Under the pieces are notes generated by a model. That model made no database searches and was not told where the DNA came from. It was given only the letters and a program-made list of their open reading frames with translations. A program made the translations under genes and the position numbers. DNA of 64,000 bases from IMG/VR virus record IMGVR_UViG_3300006851_000007, positions 60,781 to 124,780 of that record. One strand, given 5' to 3'. Shown here piece by piece: positions 48,051-58,050 of this stretch (positions within the stretch are counted from its first letter, which is position 1; each line of letters begins with the position of its first letter). The DNA comes from a virus. Lineage: Duplodnaviria > Caudoviricetes.

Positions 48051-50545
48051 TCTTTCACCACCACAAGATTTCTGATATATGGTCTATTTTCCGCAGGTAT
48101 AAAGATAGCACCCTCATTAAATTCAAGCTCGGGATCGTAATCTCTGGCAGTTACATATACCGTGCTCCATCCAAAGTGGGGATACTTATTACGCCACCCT
48201 TTTCTGGGAATTAAGTTATAGAGACCGTCACCAGTCTCAATAACAGCCTCATACGGCACCACCTCCTGTCTATCCGGGTTATTTCCTCCCAGGAACAACT
48301 TCCCCCTCCCAGGAATTGGCGCCTTAGAGTCTAGCCTCCTCACCCGTATAATAGACTCGGCTGGGTGTATATCCTCCTCCAGAGCCATCTTTTGCTTTGT
48401 GCTCTCAGACGGGTTGAGATACCTGACCACCGACCTTCCATCACTAAGATAGTTGGTAACCTTCACCTCGAAATTCACATCGATAGAATCAGTCAACCCC
48501 TCATCAGATAGAGCTGTTATAATATTAGACATATCAAGACGTATTCTAGATCCGCCGTCCACTTCCCTCACGGCTCGGTGGAGAAGGTTAACAAAAGATG
48601 CGTGCATATCCTTGCTTGACGACCCCCCTCTAAAATGTATCTCTGCGTCGATAATACTCGGGAGCATACTTCTGACCAGAGTGTCGTCGCAGAGTATTCT
48701 ATCAAGGTCCCCATTAATACTATCCTGCATCCTCCGTATGTCACTATTGGTCGCATAGACAATTCTTACAGGGTTGCTCGAAAATCTTGTCGAAACTGCA
48801 TCTGCGTAAATATTGACAAGATTTGCGTTCTCTAGACCTGAATATTCAAAGAGTATATAATTCCTATCAATATATAGTATTACCGTCTCTATAGTTGTCT
48901 GTGTAGATATATCCTCTATTGTGACACGCCTGCCTTCGACACCCTCAAGCCCATGATCTCCTGCATCAACAATGCCAGGTCCGACAACTACAGCTTCAGA
49001 TAAATGTATAGGGCCGTATGCAACAGAGTCTGACTTTTCATCTAAAATAATCCTCTTGGTCTCTCTTGGTGAAAAGATCTCCGACGAGTCGTCAACACTC
49101 AGGTACCACCCAGGAGGACTGTAATTACCACGAGATGTTTGGGGTATGATATCGACAGTATCGAATGTCAGAGGGTCTAACTTCTCAACAGATAAAATGT
49201 ATATAACTGGAGTGTTGACCATATCTTCACCTACAATTATCTCATTCATATCGTAGACAAAGATGGTGTCGCCATCCTCAACACTGAGGTTGTGGTCTGA
49301 GTCTAACTGCAGAAAGTACCCATTCTCATCCCTTCCTCTAGAGGTAAGAACGAAAAAATCCTCGTCGTCTGAACCCGGTTGATATACTACGGTTCCACTA
49401 TTAAAGTTAATATCGTTAGACCGGTAATACAGCCTGGACGGATGGTTAACATTTATAAGCTCAGTCTGCTCCCTCTTATCAATAACTACAGATTGTATTT
49501 CAACAGATGGAAAATATACGTAAACGTCACTCATTCCTCCTCGTTTTGGACCCCTACCCCACACCTTTGCCGAAAACTCACCTCCCTCTATAGGATCACC
49601 AGATAGAATAGCTTCATTACTGTTCACGACATCCAGTATCGTTCTGAACCTCTCGAAGTCTCCAGAGATAGAAACCCTCTCTCCAATCATTTGTCTCGTA
49701 AACAAACCATCCTCAGAATATGCGCGACCGAAAGTGTGGTTGAATTTTAATACTCCAAGATCAGTGTGTTTTGCATATGGTTCTCCGAGTCGCAGCAAAT
49801 TAGGGTTAATAGAATCTTCAGTCCAGAACTCATCTCGAGTCATCTCAGGATCTCTGGGACCAACAATCTTCATATCCATAACTTCTGGATAGTTATCATA
49901 AACAAACTTTTTGAGGCCGTTCTCCTGAGATGTTGAACCGCTGCTTAAGGTATTCTTTATATACTCATAAAATTCCGCATTAGACATCCTACCCCGGCCG
50001 CCAACGGTGGGGGTTGGGTTTGTCACCCTGGACACCACTCCAGGCAATGCCTCAAACCCTTGAATCTCTCCAGCCTCAGCAATACTCACAGGACCGTAAA
50101 CAGAGGATATTACAGGGACATTTATGTACATTTCCCCGTTATCATCGAGTATATCCTCTATCCCAAAAGACATGCGCCTGACAGGCATGAATTTAACGCC
50201 AGACACAGATGAAAAATAGGGGTATGATTCAAGAGTGATGGGTTGGGCTTCTCTGAGGTAAACTCTTAGGGTTGTATTTGATCTGCTGCCTTCTGGTCGC
50301 TTAATCATCATATTGTTCGCGAGCAGATCCATCTCATGTTCGCTAATAGATGAATAGTTCCCCAGGTGCATATTTCTTATAGCTTCAGTCTCATCAAACA
50401 CCGCAGAATATATCATCGAGAAGGGTAATAATATTAAGCTTCTTATTGCCGATCCCGGAGATGTGTTTGTTTGAGGGTTCGATATTTTGTACACCCTCTC
50501 TGCAAAATCAAGAGCTTTTCTTTTGGCAATACTTGATATAGACAT
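48047..50545 (-). CDS. baseplate J-like wedge protein (gp6)
   Basis: PGSAIRSLIL, MDLLANN..RPEG, RVTNPTPTVGG..SNAEF, SDVYVY. Confidence 0.8.
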   Translation of the reverse strand: MSISSIAKRKALDFAERVYKISNPQTNTSPGSAIRSLILLPFSMIYSAVFDETEAIRNMHLGNYSSISEHEMDLLANNMMIKRPEGSRSNTTLRVYLREAQPITLESYPYFSSVSGVKFMPVRRMSFGIEDILDDNGEMYINVPVISSVYGPVSIAEAGEIQGFEALPGVVSRVTNPTPTVGGRGRMSNAEFYEYIKNTLSSGSTSQENGLKKFVYDNYPEVMDMKIVGPRDPEMTRDEFWTEDSINPNLLRLGEPYAKHTDLGVLKFNHTFGRAYSEDGLFTRQMIGERVSISGDFERFRTILDVVNSNEAILSGDPIEGGEFSAKVWGRGPKRGGMSDVYVYFPSVEIQSVVIDKREQTELINVNHPSRLYYRSNDINFNSGTVVYQPGSDDEDFFVLTSRGRDENGYFLQLDSDHNLSVEDGDTIFVYDMNEIIVGEDMVNTPVIYILSVEKLDPLTFDTVDIIPQTSRGNYSPPGWYLSVDDSSEIFSPRETKRIILDEKSDSVAYGPIHLSEAVVVGPGIVDAGDHGLEGVEGRRVTIEDISTQTTIETVILYIDRNYILFEYSGLENANLVNIYADAVSTRFSSNPVRIVYATNSDIRRMQDSINGDLDRILCDDTLVRSMLPSIIDAEIHFRGGSSSKDMHASFVNLLHRAVREVDGGSRIRLDMSNIITALSDEGLTDSIDVNFEVKVTNYLSDGRSVVRYLNPSESTKQKMALEEDIHPAESIIRVRRLDSKAPIPGRGKLFLGGNNPDRQEVVPYEAVIETGDGLYNLIPRKGWRNKYPHFGWSTVYVTARDYDPELEFNEGAIFIPAENRPYIRNLVVVKE

Positions 50546-50546
50546 G

Positions 50547-50972
50547 TTAACTTCTTGGTATTGTTAAGTTTTCGGTTACAGCGTTGGCAAATCTGACTTC
50601 TATGACAACATCATAGCCCCTGGTTTTCTCATTAACCTCTTTTAACTCGATAGATCTTATCGAATAATCTCCGAAGTCAGGCCTATGGTTGACAATACTT
50701 CGATTGGCATCATGCACAACCTCAGCGACACGCATCCTTGTCTCATCGAATGCCCACCTATTCCTCCCAACCAATTGGGTTGCCCCTCCGCCAAACGACG
50801 GGCTCTCTACATTCGTAGCCGGGGTGTTCATTAAAGATATGACTATGTATTGTATAGCACTCTCTCTCTGCGTCATACCTTTATCCATATGTGCTGAGGT
50901 GATGTGGATGATGTTGTCTGAATCTATATTAATATATCTTATGTCAGTCACTATCCATCTCCTTCGCCTCAT
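50547..50972 (-). CDS. baseplate wedge subunit gp25/W-like
   Basis: LMNTP..PSFGGG; upstream of J-like gene. Confidence 0.65.
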   Translation of the reverse strand: MRRRRWIVTDIRYINIDSDNIIHITSAHMDKGMTQRESAIQYIVISLMNTPATNVESPSFGGGATQLVGRNRWAFDETRMRVAEVVHDANRSIVNHRPDFGDYSIRSIELKEVNEKTRGYDVVIEVRFANAVTENLTIPRS

Positions 50973-52758
50973 TTTTTATGGCCTCTGCAGTGTCCAGGCC
51001 TCTATTTTGTCTGAACCTATCCAGGAATGACTCCCTTAACTTCTGTCCCAAGATTTTCCTTTCTGCATAAGACTTTGCCGACCTTGACATGGTTCTTAAC
51101 CTTGAGGCAACAGCAGGGTTGTGGGTTCTATAAGACCTGTCTTGTAAGTACTTGGCGACCTTCCCGGGATATGTGGCTGAGATCTCATCTAGAGCTAAAA
51201 ACTCCTCAATCCTTCCCCCGGTCAGGCTGTCTAGAGCCGCGGTTAGCCCTGACTTCCTTAACAGCTTCTCAAAAAGATCTATATTTATATAATTCTGAGT
51301 CCATGAGAATGGGAACACTGCTATAAGATTCATTATATCTGCAAGAGCTGATGATAACGAGCTAACCCTCTTTGATCTACCCTTTATCTTTCTGCTGATA
51401 AATGCACACACATCTGCCTTGAGCCCGCTGATAATTTCATCCACTTTATGGATTTTATCTTTGATCTTATCAAAGTATCCCGACATTTCAGCCATAACCT
51501 CTTTCGTGCTCATCCCATTTATCTCTTCGGGTAGATCCTCCACCTGAAAGCTCCACAGTCTGACCTCTGGGATAATTTCTGCCAATCTGGAGTTTATATC
51601 ACAATAATTCCTATGATTGTAATCACACACAGTCTCTGTGGCGGCATGTTTGTCAGGAGGCGTTGAAAGTCTTAATCCCTGCTGAATGCCCAACGTGGAG
51701 GCTGAAAATACTCCATGAGATGCTATCTTATCTGCAAGATTTCTTAAGTTTCTAATATCTTGAACAAACCCAAACCCTTGAGTCCCCATATCGCCAGTAT
51801 TTAACATTCTCTGGGGCAGGTTTGAAACATCAATAGCTCTTATGAGTATGTCTTTAATGTTCCCCCACATAGATTCCATCCAGGACGCCGTATTGGATAT
51901 AAGGCATGCCCATGATTCAAACTTCAGGTCCTGGATGACGAGATCAATATCTTCTGAAATATCTACTTTGGCACTACCCCTAGACGGCATCTTCGGCGGA
52001 TTGACAGCCCTTGGCTCCACAATAATAACATCTCCAGGTCTCAAGGTGTCGCTCAGTATGATATTGCCATCCTCGCCGATCGAGGCTGTATCGTACCCCT
52101 CGATACCCTCAATCGTTCTCCCGGTTCTTGTATCTATAAGGTCAACGTCACCACCCCCCACCTCTGATGACATTGAGCTGTCGATAAGAGGTGACACTCT
52201 ATCGTCCTTGACCGAATCTATTGTATAATATCTGTCCCTGAGCTCGCTAACCACCCTCACCCTAGAGGGCTCCACAGGGGTGTATATGTGGTTGCCGTCC
52301 AGGTATTCATCAACAATCTCTTCGGGGAGTATATTTAACAACTTGTCTCGAGCTGCACCACTTTTCACTTTCTTGTCGGCATTAATTACTCTTTGTACCC
52401 TGTCCGCCACGGAGTTTAACCCCGTCTTATCTGCAACCCTCCTTGGTTGATTTCTCAACCCGTGCTGTAGTGCCTCAATCTTTACCATCATGTCGCCAAT
52501 CGGCCCGACTGCCTCGTCCAATCTTCTTTTGGCAAGGTCCACAGCTATAGGAACGATAGATTCGGAGGTTATCGCCGAGGCTACCTCCATTTGTATACTT
52601 TTAAGTTGGCTCGTTTGACCTACAGGCCTGGATGCGGCGTCTATAAAATCATCATCGAAGCCATTGGTGTCAAAAGAGAAATGGATACCCTTGCGAGATC
52701 TGGCCTCTTTATTTTTTTCTTCTCTTATCCAGTTTTCGATATCGCTTTGGAATCGCAT
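50944..52758 (-). CDS. hypothetical helical protein in baseplate block
   Basis: 604-aa ORF overlapping neighbours. Confidence 0.5.
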   Translation of the reverse strand: MRFQSDIENWIREEKNKEARSRKGIHFSFDTNGFDDDFIDAASRPVGQTSQLKSIQMEVASAITSESIVPIAVDLAKRRLDEAVGPIGDMMVKIEALQHGLRNQPRRVADKTGLNSVADRVQRVINADKKVKSGAARDKLLNILPEEIVDEYLDGNHIYTPVEPSRVRVVSELRDRYYTIDSVKDDRVSPLIDSSMSSEVGGGDVDLIDTRTGRTIEGIEGYDTASIGEDGNIILSDTLRPGDVIIVEPRAVNPPKMPSRGSAKVDISEDIDLVIQDLKFESWACLISNTASWMESMWGNIKDILIRAIDVSNLPQRMLNTGDMGTQGFGFVQDIRNLRNLADKIASHGVFSASTLGIQQGLRLSTPPDKHAATETVCDYNHRNYCDINSRLAEIIPEVRLWSFQVEDLPEEINGMSTKEVMAEMSGYFDKIKDKIHKVDEIISGLKADVCAFISRKIKGRSKRVSSLSSALADIMNLIAVFPFSWTQNYINIDLFEKLLRKSGLTAALDSLTGGRIEEFLALDEISATYPGKVAKYLQDRSYRTHNPAVASRLRTMSRSAKSYAERKILGQKLRESFLDRFRQNRGLDTAEAIKNEAKEMDSD

Positions 52759-53269
52759 TTTTTATCTCTTTTGTTTTCGGACTGTCCATGATCTCGACGG
52801 GCATTATGTCGAACGGGTGAGAATTAATACTCTTTGCAAGCTCTGGATATGCCGCTACTATTACAGTGGAGCAAAAAAATTTATTAAACCGTTTCGGTAT
52901 CTCTCTGGCGATCCTCTCCCTATCCTCTTTACTTTCTATCCCCCTCCTCGGAAAAAAATAAGACTTTATAGCAGACACGATACTATAGTCCTTTCCAACA
53001 AGACTCTTAGCCACCTCCGCAGCCTTGTTTGCATCTCCTCCGATAACCCGGTACACCTTAATGCTATTATTCTCAACAACCCTGCTGAGAGGAATTTTTC
53101 TAACTCCGTGTGCTGCCTGGGCCTCAACAACTTGACCCCCACCGACATATATGCCAACATGCCCGTATGGTTCGTTTTGAGGAAACGACACTATCATGTG
53201 TCTCCTGAGTCTTGATGCAGCAGACTTGAGTTTAGGTTTTGTGAATATAAGATCGCCTTTTCTAATCAT
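52709..53269 (-). CDS. permuted papain-like NlpC/P60 amidase (YaeF/YiiX-like)
   Basis: KGDLIF, GHVGIYVGGGQVVEA, GKDYS, FFCSTV (His before Cys). Confidence 0.85.
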   Translation of the reverse strand: MIRKGDLIFTKPKLKSAASRLRRHMIVSFPQNEPYGHVGIYVGGGQVVEAQAAHGVRKIPLSRVVENNSIKVYRVIGGDANKAAEVAKSLVGKDYSIVSAIKSYFFPRRGIESKEDRERIAREIPKRFNKFFCSTVIVAAYPELAKSINSHPFDIMPVEIMDSPKTKEIKNAIPKRYRKLDKRRKK

Positions 53270-53285
53270 TACAAATGAGGGACAA

Positions 53286-54680
53286 ATGAGTGTTTATGAG
53301 GATTATATCAAAAAATTTCCAGAAGTCGACGATTCTTCACTTGCAGATATCATGATAAAAGATGGCGTTGTGAGTGGGAGAAAAAAAAGCGTAAGAGATA
53401 GACTTGCAAGACTTAAAAGGAAGATGATCGAGAGTACCAAACGCGAAGATCGATACATCTTTAACCTGCCAGGCAAAACCATTGAAATTCCCAACGAGGC
53501 TGTTGAGGTCCTGTTTAGGAGGTACCCGTCTAGCAAAACAACAGTGGATGACTGCAGGAAGTTTCTCCTCAATGATTTTGACATTTATATCTCTGATTGC
53601 GATACCAGGAAAATATTCAAGGAGCTTGGGCTATCTAAGAGAGGCTCCTTCATTCCTCCCCATATGAGAAACGCATCTGTGGAAGATATTGATGAGTATC
53701 AGGAGGAGGCACAAAGGCTGGAAATAGAGGAAAGAATATTCGCCAGGAGAGATGACGTATTTAAGAAACTCTACGAGGAAGAGAGGGAGAAGAATATCGA
53801 CCTGGAGGAGTTTATCGATACAGCTATCGAGAGGATTTCTGAGGTTGATTTGCCTAGTTGGGGTATTGCTTGTGGCAATCATTCGGGAGAGCCTTCATCA
53901 GACCTGGTTTTGGTCTTATCCGATTGGCATGTGGGACTTCTTACAAATGTTGGTAATACCGAGTATAACTCGGACATATTTAAAGATAGGGTACTAAACC
54001 TTGCTAGAGGTATTAGCTCTAACGCCGGATCTGTGCAGGATAACCTGTCTGAAGTCCATGTGTTTATCCTTGGTGATATTGTAGATTCAGTTCTCAGGAA
54101 TATGCATGATAACCAACATTACAGCCAGGATTTATACGGCATTGATCAAGCACTCGTGGCGTCGTCAGGACTTACAATGATTATTGATTGCCTGGTCAAG
54201 ACCTTCAATGTCCCGGTAAATGTTCACTCTGTAGGTGGTAATCACGGGCGGGTTACACCAAGCAGAAATGGTGACCCCACAAGGATTGGAGATCAGGCTG
54301 CGTATGCTATCTCTGAAGGTGTCATTACCGAAAGACATCCGGACGTGAGCTGGAATATGGAGAGGGTTTCCAACTTCATCAGAACTAATATTCAGGGGGT
54401 AAATATTATGGCATGCCACGGAGACAACATGCCCAAAGACTTAAAAAGTGCCGCCTGGGCAAACCTTACAGACGGCGTTGTGGATACAATATTCCTCAGC
54501 GGTCATTATCACACATATAGCATTCAACAGGGGACTAATATTACTACAATTAGAAATGGCAGCCTTTGTGGTGGAAATCAGTTTTCTGAAGATGTTGTGG
54601 CCGAAAGGTCTGAGCCGTGCCAGATTATGTTTGAGATGTCTGGAGGTAAAATCGTCAGAACCTACAACCTGTTCGTATAG
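53286..54680 (+). CDS. calcineurin-like metallophosphoesterase with N-terminal helical domain
   Basis: SDWHVG, GDIVD, GNHGR, HGD, GHYH; GAGG RBS favours ATG 53286 (ORF track 53196). Confidence 0.85.
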   Translation: MSVYEDYIKKFPEVDDSSLADIMIKDGVVSGRKKSVRDRLARLKRKMIESTKREDRYIFNLPGKTIEIPNEAVEVLFRRYPSSKTTVDDCRKFLLNDFDIYISDCDTRKIFKELGLSKRGSFIPPHMRNASVEDIDEYQEEAQRLEIEERIFARRDDVFKKLYEEEREKNIDLEEFIDTAIERISEVDLPSWGIACGNHSGEPSSDLVLVLSDWHVGLLTNVGNTEYNSDIFKDRVLNLARGISSNAGSVQDNLSEVHVFILGDIVDSVLRNMHDNQHYSQDLYGIDQALVASSGLTMIIDCLVKTFNVPVNVHSVGGNHGRVTPSRNGDPTRIGDQAAYAISEGVITERHPDVSWNMERVSNFIRTNIQGVNIMACHGDNMPKDLKSAAWANLTDGVVDTIFLSGHYHTYSIQQGTNITTIRNGSLCGGNQFSEDVVAERSEPCQIMFEMSGGKIVRTYNLFV

Positions 54681-54710
54681 CTAAACTTCACCTCTCTTTT
54701 GCGGCATAAT
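54680..54710 (+). promoter_or_regulatory. GCTAAA-N19-CATAAT promoter
   Basis: motif match directly followed by a terminator. Confidence 0.6.
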
Positions 54711-54727
54711 ATACCCGAGCGAGTAAC

Positions 54728-54758
54728 AAAAGGCCCCACCTCGGTGGGGCTTTTTTTT
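54728..54758. terminator. bidirectional intrinsic terminator
   Basis: AAAAG-GCCCCACC-TC-GGTGGGGC-T8. Confidence 0.85.
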
Positions 54759-54760
54759 AC

Positions 54761-56449
54761 CTAGATAGCGAGCTCTGATGCCCTTTCAAGGATATTATCA
54801 GTAAAGCTTGTTTTCTCGTCAATTGACTTCCATATTAAATCCTCGATACCTCCGCTCGTTACTCTATACTCCGTTATCTGTTTCGCGCTTGACCCCAATC
54901 TTCTATTTCTGGCCTTTGCTTGATTGTACCCGATCTCACCGTAGTGGGGGGTGTAGAATATCATTGTGGGGGCTTCATTTAGACTGACACCATATTGCAT
55001 GCTCGCCTGGTGTGCTATCAACACCTTCGATTCTCCGCTCCGTACCTTATCAAGCTCTGCCTCAATGTCGGACGTCTCGCCATTTACAACGCTTGGGTTG
55101 TACTCTTTTAGCGCTTCTTTTAACATCCTGAAATCCTCTTTGAACCACGCCCATATAATACACGGATGATCTAAAGAATCGACTATTTTTTTAGTCTCGC
55201 GTAGTTTTGCAGGGTTATCATCAATTTTCTCCAACTCTCCATCGATAATACAAAACCCATTCATGATCTGTCTCAACTTGATTATGTGAGACAATCTCGA
55301 GTTAACCGTAAGCTCTTTGTCATTTATCATAACAAAGTACTCCTTAAGAAGTTGTCTATACTTCTTCTTGATTTTGCTTCCAGGCTCGACATAAACCTCT
55401 TTAATAACCCTCGGAGGTAAATCAAGACATTTCTCCTTGTCTATAAACAAAAGCCTGTCTTTAATTATATCTGCAACCCTCTCTCTAGAATTGTGGGATG
55501 GAATATATATATGAGGATTTCTGGGCAGCTGGTTCATAAACATTTCACGAAACCCGGTCAGTGTAGAGCATGGAAACGGATTATCGAGTAGCTGGAATTG
55601 GTTGTATATCTTCTCCACATCTCCAGGGGTTGCTGAAAACGCAAGCCTAAATGGCACATAATCTCTAAGTTTAATGATGGCTTTAGCTGCTTTGGAACCA
55701 TTACCAATCATCGTGCTTTCATCTAAAATAACCTGGTCAAACCCTGCGTTATAAAAATGATTTCTCTTCTTAGAAAAGGTCCCGGGTGTTGTTATAACAA
55801 TGCTATACTCTTCAGCATAAACCTTATCTTCAGCCTTCTTGTATTTTTTCCACCCCTCATCAGGAACCCTTATATTCCCAAGGTAGTTGTGGGCTATAAT
55901 CACTTTATCTCCAGAATGTGTAAAATCCTGAAAGCTCTTGTACCACGATCTGACAACGGCTTTTGGACAGATAATAAGAGCCCTTTTAATGGTACCTCTT
56001 TGTAGTCTCATGTCTGTTAAAACAGATCCTACAAACGTTTTTCCTGTTCCTGTCCCCGCAGCTAAAAAGCACGTAGGCAAACTCATACACCAGGCTATAG
56101 CAAGCTTCTGATGCTGATATGGTTCGACTCTGAAATCGTAATTAAAAGAGAACGTCTCAGACCTTTTAATACTGCTTGATCTCTCAAGCATTTTTTTCCA
56201 CCCCCTGTAGAACCCTTCGTTTATATATTGCCTCATCTCAGGAACGTCGTCCAGAATTCTACAGACCACCTCCGGATTATCCTTAAATCTCATCCTGCTG
56301 TAATACTTTGTGACCAGAGGATGTTTTATCCTCACGCCTTTGGGTAGCACGAAATGGCCATCCTTTAACTCTAAAAAAGAACCTGAAGTGCGCATTCTAA
56401 GCCTTGAATAATTTCTAATATCTGGGATACTTGGAATAAACAATACCAC
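54761..56449 (-). CDS. SNF2-family (SF2) helicase
   Basis: PYQHQ, GTGTGKT, LIICPK, VILDEST, SATP, LRQI, QAKARNRRLG. Confidence 0.9.
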   Translation of the reverse strand: MVLFIPSIPDIRNYSRLRMRTSGSFLELKDGHFVLPKGVRIKHPLVTKYYSRMRFKDNPEVVCRILDDVPEMRQYINEGFYRGWKKMLERSSSIKRSETFSFNYDFRVEPYQHQKLAIAWCMSLPTCFLAAGTGTGKTFVGSVLTDMRLQRGTIKRALIICPKAVVRSWYKSFQDFTHSGDKVIIAHNYLGNIRVPDEGWKKYKKAEDKVYAEEYSIVITTPGTFSKKRNHFYNAGFDQVILDESTMIGNGSKAAKAIIKLRDYVPFRLAFSATPGDVEKIYNQFQLLDNPFPCSTLTGFREMFMNQLPRNPHIYIPSHNSRERVADIIKDRLLFIDKEKCLDLPPRVIKEVYVEPGSKIKKKYRQLLKEYFVMINDKELTVNSRLSHIIKLRQIMNGFCIIDGELEKIDDNPAKLRETKKIVDSLDHPCIIWAWFKEDFRMLKEALKEYNPSVVNGETSDIEAELDKVRSGESKVLIAHQASMQYGVSLNEAPTMIFYTPHYGEIGYNQAKARNRRLGSSAKQITEYRVTSGGIEDLIWKSIDEKTSFTDNILERASELAI

Positions 56450-56456
56450 AATTTGA

Positions 56457-56936
56457 GTGATAATGACTATGAAGAAGGCATCTGACTACCTCCACCCAGG
56501 GGGCAAGTTTAGTAGAAAAAGCATATCTTACAACACCAGGGAGGTCCAGAAGAAGAAAGACATCACAGAGGCCACCATTGATCATCTCGTGGAAAATGGT
56601 ATGTACGACGGTGATAGGCCTCGGTACAGATACCAATGCCCAACAACCAGACCGTGTCCATTTGTTGGATGCAGATACCACCTGTATCTGGACGTCACAA
56701 ATAGTGGGGCAATAAAATTCAATTTTTACCCCATGGAGCCGCACGAGATCACCTCATCTTGTGCTTTGGACGTTGTCGACCAACACCCAGAAGGAATGAG
56801 GTACCTCCACATAGGAGAGCATATAAGGGTAACAAGAGAAAGGGTGAGACAGATAGAGAAAGAAGCTCTAAAAAAGTTAGCCCAGCATCCAGAGGTTCTG
56901 GAATATATGGGCACAAAGGAGACAGATGATGAGTAG
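56457..56936 (+). CDS. sigma-70 region-4 HTH protein with Cys/His-rich N-terminal domain
   Basis: RPCPFVGCRYHLYLDV..SCALDV..IGEHIRVTRERVRQIEKEALKKL. Confidence 0.8.
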   Translation: MIMTMKKASDYLHPGGKFSRKSISYNTREVQKKKDITEATIDHLVENGMYDGDRPRYRYQCPTTRPCPFVGCRYHLYLDVTNSGAIKFNFYPMEPHEITSSCALDVVDQHPEGMRYLHIGEHIRVTRERVRQIEKEALKKLAQHPEVLEYMGTKETDDE

Positions 56937-58050
56937 ACCGTTCAATCTTTATAAGTACCCTCCAATCACCCTCGAGGTAAAGTACGGAGAGAGAACATCC
57001 AGAGCTGCAAAAAGATTGCAGTATTTCAAGATAGTAACAAGAGAAAGGCACCGAGAGGGAGGTGTAGACAACTATGCTGTTTGCCAGGAGCCTATCGACA
57101 AGCTTATTGAGATGGGGGTTGACGGCATCACTGTGGATGAAAATGGAAATAAGTGGCCCACGGTGATTCCTATAAGGCTTATATCTGACTCTATGCAGGA
57201 GAGTTTTAACTTATTTAGAGGGTTTTACAATAGGAGTGGAGTACTCGGTTGCGGACAGCAATACGGAGAAGAGAAGGCTCTTAGGAGGTGGTACCACTTC
57301 CCAGATTTTGGAGTCGACGCCAATGCTCCTGACAGAGTTAAGGAAGAGGTTATGGCAAACCACAAATTGCCATACGAGGTTGACTGCACAGAGAATTGTC
57401 CGTACTGGAACACCAGCGGTCAAACAAAGTGCGATATAGCAGGAACCCTATATTTCCATCTTGATGAATCCCTGCCGTTCTGCAACAGGTTGGCAGCACT
57501 CAGAGTCAAGGGAACCTTTGCGAAAAGAATTCTTGAATCATCCCTATCCCTGTTACACAAAAAATCTGGAGGTATTCTTGCCAATATACCTCTGAATTTA
57601 AGAATTCACTATGAACTCAAGAGAGCTCAAGATGGTAAGCACTACTCTGTGCCCATGATTACTCTTGAACACAGGGGCTCTATCGATAATTTTCTAGACG
57701 AGGTTGCACAAGAGGTTGACAGAAGAAAGAGGAGGTTTACAACAATAAATATGAGAGAGCCTGAGAATCTTAGCGAGCTTCTTATTGAAGGAGTACTGTC
57801 AGAAATCAACTCCCGTGATGCAATCATCCACAGCGTCGAGGAGGTGGATTTTGAGATGCTTAACGAGGGTGACGACAGTAATGCTATCTCAGAAGAGGTG
57901 CGAAGTATCGCTGGCGACGATTTTAGTGACCAGCTAATCAGAATGGCAGTCCAGAAGTTTACCGAAGAGGGAGAACTGAACATTGACAAACTTAAAGAGT
58001 TTTTTGAAGAGAAAAGGAAAGAAAGAGGCGAGCAGCTCTTTGAGTTCTAA
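56926..58050 (+). CDS. Gp3-like / recombination-directionality-factor-like protein
   Basis: YFKIVTRER, IPIRLISD, Cys cluster, GTLYF, LANIPLNL; adjacent to a PD-(D/E)XK nuclease. Confidence 0.55.
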   Translation: MMSRPFNLYKYPPITLEVKYGERTSRAAKRLQYFKIVTRERHREGGVDNYAVCQEPIDKLIEMGVDGITVDENGNKWPTVIPIRLISDSMQESFNLFRGFYNRSGVLGCGQQYGEEKALRRWYHFPDFGVDANAPDRVKEEVMANHKLPYEVDCTENCPYWNTSGQTKCDIAGTLYFHLDESLPFCNRLAALRVKGTFAKRILESSLSLLHKKSGGILANIPLNLRIHYELKRAQDGKHYSVPMITLEHRGSIDNFLDEVAQEVDRRKRRFTTINMREPENLSELLIEGVLSEINSRDAIIHSVEEVDFEMLNEGDDSNAISEEVRSIAGDDFSDQLIRMAVQKFTEEGELNIDKLKEFFEEKRKERGEQLFEF

